Source of the DNA: Halomicrobium mukohataei DSM 12286
GTDB lineage: Archaea > Halobacteriota > Halobacteria > Halobacteriales > Haloarculaceae
Reading direction: 5' to 3'
DNA length: 32,000 nt
Assembly: GCF_000023965.1 (NCBI RefSeq)
Contig: NC_013202.1
Coordinates: forward strand, 2,040,001-2,072,000
Position 1 is the first letter of the stretch; each line of letters opens with the position of its first letter. Shown here piece after piece: positions 7,447-14,139 of this stretch. Below the pieces are notes generated by a model. It ran no database searches and was not told the origin of the DNA. It saw only the letters and a list, made by a program, of their open reading frames with translations. The position numbers were made by a program, and so were the translations under genes.

Positions 7447-7989
7447 TCACCATAGTACGACCTCCAGCGTGACGACCTCGCGATTCAGCGACACCACTCG
7501 ACGCGCGGTCACCGACTCGTCCACGTCGGCCGTCGTCGGTTCGCCCGCCCGGAGAGACACGTCGCCACTCTCGCAGTCGCTCCGGTCCCGCAGCGACGCG
7601 GTGTCCGCGTCCCAGCACAGCGGACTCGCCCCCTCCCGGGCCGTCGTCCCGTTTCGCGTCACCGTGACGTTGACCCGCTGGCGGCTGTCCAGCCCCAGCC
7701 GCTCGTTCGTCGTCTCGCCCGCGAAGTGACAGCCACTCGCAGAGCGATTGTCGAAAAACACCGCCGTACACGTGCCGTTCAGGACCTTCGGACGCTCGGC
7801 GCTGCCCAGCGTCGCCCGCGAGAGATCGTCCGCCACCCTGTCGACGGCGACGGTCTCCTCCTGTGCCCCCGCGGTGAACGGCTCGACCACGCCGGGCACG
7901 AACAGGAAGACGAACAGCACGACGGCGAGGAAGAGACTCATACCGAACGCGAAATCCAACGTCGTCTGTCCGCGTGTGTGACCCCGCAT
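7447..7989 (-). CDS. A1: class III signal peptide (pilin-like) protein
   Basis: 180 aa; MRGHTRG|QTTLDFAFGMSLFLAVVLFVFLF; ends VVTLEVVLW. Paralogue of A2. First gene of the minus-strand array in cassette 1. Confidence 0.8.
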   Translation of the reverse strand: MRGHTRGQTTLDFAFGMSLFLAVVLFVFLFVPGVVEPFTAGAQEETVAVDRVADDLSRATLGSAERPKVLNGTCTAVFFDNRSASGCHFAGETTNERLGLDSRQRVNVTVTRNGTTAREGASPLCWDADTASLRDRSDCESGDVSLRAGEPTTADVDESVTARRVVSLNREVVTLEVVLW

Positions 7990-8040
7990 ACTGTGACCCG
8001 AAACCGCGCTGACTCTGATGGAGGGAGGCTGTTGCCCGCC

Positions 8041-8049
8041 TTATCTATT
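8041..8049 (-). promoter_or_regulatory. AT-rich TATA-like element (AATAGATAA on the minus strand) upstream of A1
   Basis: The only AT-rich block between the tRNA and A1, 52-60 nt upstream of the ATG at 7989. It would imply a short leader. Confidence 0.3.
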
Positions 8050-8133
8050 GTGGCCGAACTGTACATCAGTCGACACGACGTGCTCGACGACGGCGGACGA
8101 CACCGTGACCCACGGTCCGATCCCTTCGATGGG

Positions 8134-8139
8134 TTTAAG
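8134..8139 (+). promoter_or_regulatory. TATA box (TTTAAG) of tRNA-Ala
   Basis: Lies inside GGGTTTAAGAAAACCC, 29-34 nt upstream of tRNA position 1 (8168). This is a canonical archaeal TATA sequence at the canonical distance. Confidence 0.6.
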
Positions 8140-8167
8140 AAAACCCACACGGTACGAAACGATGCGA

Positions 8168-8239
8168 GGGCTCGTAGATCAGTGGTAGATCATCCCCCTG
8201 GCACGGGGAAGGCCCCGGGTTCAAATCCCGGCGAGTCCA
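8168..8239 (+). tRNA. tRNA-Ala (anticodon GGC)
   Basis: Hand-folded cloverleaf:
- Acceptor GGGCTCG/CGAGTCC with the G3:U70 alanine identity pair.
- D arm GATC-AGTGGTA-GATC.
- Anticodon arm TCCCC-CTGGCAC-GGGGA, anticodon GGC at 8200-8202.
- Variable loop AGGCC.
- T arm CCGGG-TTCAAAT-CCCGG.
- Discriminator A at 8239; CCA is not encoded. Confidence 0.9.
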
Positions 8240-8290
8240 CTATTCTGCGTCGCGAGCAAAATTCGCGAGCGGCGCGAATCGTCGTCGACA

Positions 8291-8306
8291 CCCGGATTTG
8301 AACCCC
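8291..8306 (-). other. inverted tRNA T-arm-like fragment (non-functional)
   Basis: The minus strand reads GGGGTTCAAATCCGGG and shares the 12-nt core GGGTTCAAATCC with the tRNA-Ala T arm. The flanks cannot form a T stem or acceptor stem. Confidence 0.5.
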
Positions 8307-8345
8307 TGGAAGTCGCAGCGCCGAGCGCAGCGAGGTGACCGTCTT

Positions 8346-8372
8346 CCCCTGGCTCAAATCCCGTCGAGCCCA
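8346..8372 (+). pseudogene. degenerate direct copy of a tRNA 3' end (T arm plus acceptor)
   Basis: CCCCTGGCTCAAATCCCGTCGAGCCCA versus the tRNA-Ala segment CCCCGGGTTCAAATCCCGGCGAGTCCA: 23 of 27 identical by hand alignment. It has no 5' half and its T stem no longer pairs. Confidence 0.5.
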
Positions 8373-8706
8373 TCTGTAACTAAACGATGCTGGTGCCATC
8401 TTGAATCGCATTTTCGCTGAAATAACGTCTTTAGCGGAGCGATTGGCGTTTTCGAATGATCCTCAGAAAACGGAGATGCTAAGGAGAGCAAGCGGAGGTC
8501 CCGCAGTCTGGCGGTTCCTGAAAGGGAAGTCCGTCGCTAGTACGGCTCGTCTGTCGACGAGTATATCGATTCCCCGGCTCTCCCCAATGGAAGGTGCTGG
8601 CCATGAGCGATCCGGCCGAGACGTCCACGAGCCAGAGTGCGAGCATATTGCGGAGACAATCTGGGAAGTACCGTGATCACTCTGTGAGAGCACAGCTATG
8701 CCTCCC

Positions 8707-8728
8707 GATAGATTTAATCCTATCTATC
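8707..8728 (+). promoter_or_regulatory. F2 promoter: TATA box (TTTAAT, 8713-8718) embedded in the perfect 7-bp inverted repeat GATAGAT-N8-ATCTATC
   Basis: The TATA lies 26-35 nt upstream of the candidate F2 starts (8739 TTG, 8748 ATG). The palindrome arms flank the TATA, which suggests an operator overlapping the core promoter. Confidence 0.5.
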
Positions 8729-8747
8729 CGGTGGGTTTTTGTTCTCT

Positions 8748-11700
8748 ATGATACAATGCTGTGCTAGCGATCACTGGGAAAATATGTGGGGTCAATACGA
8801 ACTGGACGAACGCGGTGTCTCGAATCTTGTGGGTGTTATCCTGCTAGTAGCAATTTCCATAACGGGGGCGTTACTGATCCTTACAGCGGGTCAAACGACA
8901 ATTCAGGACACTCAAAACGAGCAGAACGCGGAAGTCGTATCGGACATGTTCAAACAGGTCGACTCGATGTTCCAGTCGGTACCACGAAACGAGAGCAACT
9001 CTGGATCACGATCGGTTGCGGTTCCAGAGAGTGTTCAGGGGTCAGTAAAGGCGAACAACGATACGACATATAGGATACGACTGAACGATAATCCGACCTG
9101 TGACACAGGTGTACAACCACTGGGATCAATGCAGTACGAGGAGGATGGCACGGTAGTCGGCTACGAAGGAGGGGGCGTTTGGGAGTCCAGAGAGGGTAGT
9201 ACAGTGATGGAGTCGCCGCCGGCACTCACGTACAAGGACGGAAGCCTCAACGTCCAGTTCCAGCGTGTGTCTGGAAACATCACTGACTCCAACGAAATTA
9301 CCGCACAAGTCAACGCTACGGACGAACGCGCGCTCAATGACGAACTCTCGGTACTACTGTACACGAATCTCACACCGTCGAACATCAGCAGTGCAACGTC
9401 GTACAGTCTGACGTGTGCGCCGGCACGACTTCAGAACGCCACTGTGTTCATCAATGACAGTCAGTTCGCTGGCGGGTGGGCACGCTACGCAGAGGACCGT
9501 TTTAATGACCGCCGTGTCGATGTCCAACCCAGCAACTCAGTGAGTCCACGCGAGAACGTTTCGATCACCTTCGAACTCGGTGATGTGTCGCTGCCAGAAT
9601 TCTCTGCTCGGAACGTGACCACGAAACGATACAGTGATACGGGCCCACTGTACGTCAACGCCACCGTCCAGAACGAGGGTGGACTGAGCAGTGAGCAAAC
9701 GGTGACGTTCACCTTCGAAGACCCGGGCGGTAACGAAGTCTCGACCGATTCGAGGGATGTTTCGCTCAACGGTGGTGAGTCAAAGCGAATGAAGTTCGAA
9801 GTCCCTGCTAGCGACTTGAGTTCGGTCACCGCTGGGACGTACGACGCAACGATCGAGACGGAAGACGAGTCAGAATCCAGGGCAGTTCAGTTCACGTCTG
9901 GGAATCACGTGCCAGAGTTCCAGATCACTTCTGTTTCAGCCCCCTCACAGGGACAGGTCGGCGACGACCTGACAGTTGACGTGACTGTCGAGAACCGCGG
10001 AAGTATGACCGGGACGCGAGCAGTCGCCTACGGGTTCGACGGGTCGACAGAGAATACGACAATGTTGCGCCTCCATCCCGGCCAGACGAAGACTCTGAGT
10101 TACCCCCTGTCGACGACTACAGACGGAAGCCACGACTGGACGGTCCAGACCGATGGCACTTCCGAGCAAGGAACTGTCTTTGTGGGGACGGGACCGACGT
10201 TCACCATCAGTGATACGGACGCACCGAAACATGCGGGCGCTGGCAACACCTTCTGGCTCAATGCCACGATTGGCAATACTGGTCAACTCAACGGCACGCG
10301 TGATATCAACCTCACGATCCGGAACGACACTAACGGGAATGTCGTCACGGACGAAGATCAAACTGTCAGCATCAACGGCACGATCGCTGACAGCAGCGAC
10401 GAGGCGACGGTCAACGCCTCGGGAACAATCACCACACCAGGGACTTACGAGTACAAAATCGACACGGGAGATATGGTCCAGACCGGCGGTTTCACTGTCG
10501 GACCGGCACGGTACCCGAATTTCATCGTCACGTCCCTGCGCTTCTCCGACGATCCCGTCGTGAAAGGTGATCAAGTCACCATCGAAGCAGACATCAAGAA
10601 TACTGGCCGTGTAGATGACACACAGCCTGTCAAGATCTCGACCGAGCGCGATATCTTGACGGCACCTAACCGACACGTCGATCCCGGCGACGTAGTGACG
10701 GTTAGTACTACTGTCGACGTCGCGTCACCGACGTTCGTCCTCGGAGAGGCCAACGAAATCACCGTCGAGACCGACAACAATACCGTCGCTCAGAATCTGG
10801 AGGTATTGGCCCAAGAGCCCATCGGCGAGACCGACGACGGACAGATCATCGCCAACGAACGTCTAGACGTTAGCGTCAGACTCCTCGGAGCAGAACTGGA
10901 AGGGAGCAACAGAGAATGGTGCAATCCCAGATACCGCTCGTGTCTCGGCAGCTTCCGGACAAACGGTGGCTACCAGCGTTACGGTATCATCAACGATCCC
11001 GTCGAAATGTCACTCCTGATCAACGGCCAAACGGAGAGTGATCTCTGGCAGTCACTGCCGGGTGATGGCGATGTGAATCACCCTGAAGCCGAACAGGAAC
11101 TTCTGAACGGTCAGAACCCGTACAACGAGACAGCCACCCTAGAGAAAGACGATCGGGCAATCGTGACTGCAACATCGTACCGCTGTAGTTATTACCAGTA
11201 CACGGATGTACGGTTCCCCGACCTCATCACGTTGGGTAACACCGAGCAAGACGCCGTCGGCAAAGAGTGCGCCAACCGTGGGAGGACACGGCTTTCGATA
11301 AACGGGAATGGCGAAGACGACAGAGTTGTCATAAGGAAGGACGGAGAGAGCATCCGCGGCGGCGAGGAGTTTGAGCCTCAGGCGGCAAACTACCAGCGCA
11401 ACGTCAAGCAGATGTTGCAGGGTCGCCTGAACGAGACCGGCCACCTTGACCTGTCGCCCGGCGAACGAGTGCTGATTTACGAACTCTCTGACCGAGACGC
11501 GACCATTGAACAAGCAAGCCAGTCAGGCGATCCCGACTACAACGACGCCCTCGTACTGTTCAAAGTCCTGTCGAAGAACCGCACTCTCTCGCCGCCGGCA
11601 TCCTACGAGATTACCGATCTTAGCGCACCGGCGAGCGTTCGACGCGGCGACTCCGAGACGATTACAGCGACCATCAACAACACCGGTGGACAGGAAGGTG

Positions 11701-12626
11701 AGACAGACATCCAGTTTGCATTCGGCGGTACGACTGTCGAGACAGAATCGACTGGAAAACTCGAACCCGGTGAGAAGACGACCGTAACCTTCGACGTTCC
11801 CACGGGATCGACTGGGACCTTCGGATACACCGTAACTGTCGCAGACGAGCCGACGGAAAATCGGGCAGGACAATTGACCGTCGGTGTGCCACGATCGCCC
11901 CACTTCCAAGTCACCCAGTTCACTCCCGACGCAACCGCTGTTGAACGGGGTGAGACGGTCGGGATCGAGACGACGATCACCAATGTCGGCGCCACAAGCG
12001 ACACTCAAACTGTCGAACTGCGCAACGTCACTGGTAGCAACGACACGGTCGTCGACACAGTATCTGGCGTGTCTCTGGCGGGCAACGCCGACACCACACT
12101 CCCTCTTGACCTTCCGACACACACCAATGGGACCATCCGGTATACGGTATCGACTGAGGACGACCGTGCGATCCCACAGCGAGCTTACGTCAACGAATCG
12201 CACGTTAAGATCAATCAGACTGAGGTTGGGCTGAGTACCTACAACGAGAGTGAACTCATCGAACGAAAGTCAGTGCCACGGATGACCGTGAAACTGAACA
12301 ATCGTGGCGGACTGGGAGACGACCGTGATGTCAAATTAACAATCACGAACCAGTCCGACGGCACTACTCACTCCGACACGACTACCGTAAGTGTCGGAGA
12401 CGGGGAAATAAAGCCACTGTACCCCGGATATGCTACGTTCGACACTTCCTCGATGGGGATCTCTGAAGGCTACTACAGTTACTCGATCGAGGTTGAAGAC
12501 GACGGGGCTCGCGAGGACTACTGGACGGGTGAACTATTCGTTCACGAAGATGGGACGGTCGAACAATCGTCTGACTCTGACTCGCCAATCAACGTCGACT
12601 CTGGACAGATCGAAGTCGGCAGCTGA
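8748..12626 (+). CDS. F2: giant class III signal peptide (pilin-like) adhesin candidate with 7 CARDB-like repeats
   Basis: - The ORF opens at TTG 8739; ATGs at 8748 and 8784 are alternative starts.
- Signal: ...YELDERG|VSNLVGVILLVAISITGALLIL.
- N-terminal domain like E and F1 (MQYEEDGTVVGYEGGGVWESREGSTVMESPPAL).
- Seven ~100-aa repeats start near 9595, 9911, 10194, 10515, 11595, 11898 and 12204, each beginning P-x-F-x-[IV]-T/S.
- Each repeat contains a [VI]-x-[VI]-x-N-x-G core (VNATVQNEGG, VDVTVENRGS, LNATIGNTGQ, IEADIKNTGR, ITATINNTGG, IETTITNVGA, VKLNNRGG), as in CARDB domains.
- The central 10810-11594 segment is unique and has 4 Cys. There are many N-x-S/T sequons. Confidence 0.85.
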   Translation: MIQCCASDHWENMWGQYELDERGVSNLVGVILLVAISITGALLILTAGQTTIQDTQNEQNAEVVSDMFKQVDSMFQSVPRNESNSGSRSVAVPESVQGSVKANNDTTYRIRLNDNPTCDTGVQPLGSMQYEEDGTVVGYEGGGVWESREGSTVMESPPALTYKDGSLNVQFQRVSGNITDSNEITAQVNATDERALNDELSVLLYTNLTPSNISSATSYSLTCAPARLQNATVFINDSQFAGGWARYAEDRFNDRRVDVQPSNSVSPRENVSITFELGDVSLPEFSARNVTTKRYSDTGPLYVNATVQNEGGLSSEQTVTFTFEDPGGNEVSTDSRDVSLNGGESKRMKFEVPASDLSSVTAGTYDATIETEDESESRAVQFTSGNHVPEFQITSVSAPSQGQVGDDLTVDVTVENRGSMTGTRAVAYGFDGSTENTTMLRLHPGQTKTLSYPLSTTTDGSHDWTVQTDGTSEQGTVFVGTGPTFTISDTDAPKHAGAGNTFWLNATIGNTGQLNGTRDINLTIRNDTNGNVVTDEDQTVSINGTIADSSDEATVNASGTITTPGTYEYKIDTGDMVQTGGFTVGPARYPNFIVTSLRFSDDPVVKGDQVTIEADIKNTGRVDDTQPVKISTERDILTAPNRHVDPGDVVTVSTTVDVASPTFVLGEANEITVETDNNTVAQNLEVLAQEPIGETDDGQIIANERLDVSVRLLGAELEGSNREWCNPRYRSCLGSFRTNGGYQRYGIINDPVEMSLLINGQTESDLWQSLPGDGDVNHPEAEQELLNGQNPYNETATLEKDDRAIVTATSYRCSYYQYTDVRFPDLITLGNTEQDAVGKECANRGRTRLSINGNGEDDRVVIRKDGESIRGGEEFEPQAANYQRNVKQMLQGRLNETGHLDLSPGERVLIYELSDRDATIEQASQSGDPDYNDALVLFKVLSKNRTLSPPASYEITDLSAPASVRRGDSETITATINNTGGQEGETDIQFAFGGTTVETESTGKLEPGEKTTVTFDVPTGSTGTFGYTVTVADEPTENRAGQLTVGVPRSPHFQVTQFTPDATAVERGETVGIETTITNVGATSDTQTVELRNVTGSNDTVVDTVSGVSLAGNADTTLPLDLPTHTNGTIRYTVSTEDDRAIPQRAYVNESHVKINQTEVGLSTYNESELIERKSVPRMTVKLNNRGGLGDDRDVKLTITNQSDGTTHSDTTTVSVGDGEIKPLYPGYATFDTSSMGISEGYYSYSIEVEDDGAREDYWTGELFVHEDGTVEQSSDSDSPINVDSGQIEVGS

Positions 12627-12945
12627 GCACTCGAAGCGGTTGGCTGTTGTCCTTGTTTCTGATGCTCTTTTCGATGCTCCTCTGCGTCGTGGCCTGATGC
12701 CCCCGCTCACAGCTACTGTCACGTCAGAAGCGACTGATCGACAGAATGCACTACTACAGTACGCCAGTGTCATCGGTACCCGAACCGCTAGCTCGCTGTC
12801 TCGTCACAGCAGCACGCGTCTCGGACAACGAAAGCACGATATCATCTCTCTGTTGAGCGACATCGACTGCTTCATACTGCCAGCAATCCGTTACGAAGCG
12901 TTTCTCGACTCCGAGATCCCGAACCCGAAATCCCTTGCAATAGTG

Positions 12946-12957
12946 ACAGCCGACAGT
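12946..12957 (-). repeat. post-stop motif ACTGTCGGCTGT, copy 4 (1 nt after the E2 stop, minus strand)
   Basis: Exact 12-mer inside the low-GC block, at the same position relative to the E gene stop as in cassette 1. A degenerate plus-strand partner, GCGGTTGGCTGT, lies at 12636-12647, just after the F2 stop. Confidence 0.7.
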
Positions 12958-12958
12958 A

Positions 12959-13690
12959 TCAGTTTACAGCTATTCCGACGGTCGTATTGTGGACGACAGC
13001 TCGGTCAATCCCGTCACAGGTGTATCGTCCGTTCCCGCCGTTCCATCTCGGAAGTTCCGACTCGAACAGACGCTCCCAGGCGTCGGTGTGTCGTGTGTTT
13101 CGAACGTTTACACTCACGTTCTTTACACCTTTATCTGGACTTAGCGGCGTGATCGACTCGCGGTTCTGTGCGTTCGCTCGCACTGTTACGGGACCGTCGC
13201 TACTCTGGCTCACCTGACCGTTGATCCTGACCAACGAGACGTGAGCCGTGTCACTCCCACAGCGCAGTGCCGGTGTACCCGTCACGACTTCGCCGTTCGG
13301 TTGGCTGCGGAACGTGGCACCAGCCGTGTATATAAATCGTGTCCCACTGTCGGTTCGACGGACGAAGCTCTCGACTGGCACGGTTTCGTTGGTGTAGCTG
13401 TCGTCCTCGTAGCCGATCTCGATTCGTATCTCGGCGTCGGCAGTCTGGAGTCGGTCGCCGCTGAGCTCTAGCCGCTGGACGTGCTGTGGGGCTCTGTTGT
13501 CTCGGACTGCCCCGACTCCCCTCGCAAAACTGGTCATCGATCGCTCTGCTGTGTTCGCCTGTGCACTATCACTGATATCTTCGACGGCTTCGACACCGTA
13601 GACTCCGGTGAAGCCGACCGACGTAATAATGATCGTGAACACGAGAGTAAATGCTAACGTATCCGAGACGGCGCGGTCGGTTCCGGTCAT
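12959..13690 (-). CDS. E2: class III signal peptide (pilin-like) protein
   Basis: ORF 12959..13717 trimmed to the ATG at 13690 (2 nt after the D2 stop); 243 aa; MTGTDRA|VSDTLAFTLVFTIIITSVGF; FIYTAGATFRSQPNGEVVTGTPAL parallels E1. Confidence 0.85.
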   Translation of the reverse strand: MTGTDRAVSDTLAFTLVFTIIITSVGFTGVYGVEAVEDISDSAQANTAERSMTSFARGVGAVRDNRAPQHVQRLELSGDRLQTADAEIRIEIGYEDDSYTNETVPVESFVRRTDSGTRFIYTAGATFRSQPNGEVVTGTPALRCGSDTAHVSLVRINGQVSQSSDGPVTVRANAQNRESITPLSPDKGVKNVSVNVRNTRHTDAWERLFESELPRWNGGNGRYTCDGIDRAVVHNTTVGIAVN

Positions 13691-13692
13691 AA

Positions 13693-14139
13693 TTAGGGAT
13701 CCCTCAATTCGAGACACGGTTCCGAAACGTCGAAAACGACGTTGATTTTCCCGCCATCAACAGCACTCGCACAGACACTGCTCTCGTTCTCGAACCGATA
13801 GACGACGGTGCGTTGTGACTCTCCGGTCGCTTCGAGTACTAGAGTCGACTTCGGGGAGTCTGGTTCTAGAACCACGTCGTAGGTCCGCCCTCCGACCCGC
13901 GCCGGATGAGTAGTAGTGTAGCTCAGGTCCGCATCGACACCAGTGGTGTTGAACTGGTCCATACTGACGAGTTCACTCGTGACTGCGCTACCAACGTTCT
14001 CGAGCCCGTTTTCGACGACGTATGATCGCTGGTCGTCTAGTAGCCCACCAGCACCCACGAGTAAGCCCGTGATCATGATTGCCGAAATACCGATCGTCAG
14101 AGCGTGTGTGACGGCCGGCGTCACTGCACGGTTGTCCAT
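13693..14139 (-). CDS. D2: small class III signal peptide (pilin-like) protein
   Basis: 148 aa from the ATG at 14139 (a TTG at 14142 is also possible); MDNRA|VTPAVTHALTIGISAIMITGLLV. Paralogue of D1. Its start overlaps the C2 stop by 1 nt (TGATG). Confidence 0.85.
   Translation of the reverse strand: MDNRAVTPAVTHALTIGISAIMITGLLVGAGGLLDDQRSYVVENGLENVGSAVTSELVSMDQFNTTGVDADLSYTTTHPARVGGRTYDVVLEPDSPKSTLVLEATGESQRTVVYRFENESSVCASAVDGGKINVVFDVSEPCLELRDP

Noticed and set aside
8250-8375. Possible second (minus-strand or intron-containing) tRNA gene
   Set aside because: I tried to fold both T-arm-like fragments. The 5-bp T stems do not pair (AGGGG versus CCGGG; CCTGG versus CCCGT), and no D arm or anticodon arm can be drawn.
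8190-8411. 73-aa minus-strand ORF
   Set aside because: It runs antisense through the tRNA-Ala gene and the tRNA-like fragments, so it is not a plausible protein.
8401-8676. 91-aa plus-strand ORF (TTG start), the 76-aa minus-strand ORF 8463..8693 and a 55-aa ORF from 8603, all in the island leader region
   Set aside because: They have no motifs, non-halophilic composition, overlap one another and run into the F2 promoter. I treat the region as noncoding or possibly degraded.
9595-12550. Repeat array in F2 as a possible CRISPR or nucleotide tandem repeat
   Set aside because: The repeats are about 300 nt long, in frame and conserved only at protein-motif level. There are no short identical direct repeats with unique spacers. 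No CRISPR-like structure exists anywhere in the window.
12534-12773. 79-aa minus-strand ORF in the F2/E2 spacer
   Set aside because: It overlaps the 3' end of F2 by about 90 nt, is Cys/Arg-rich and basic, and has no signal or motif.
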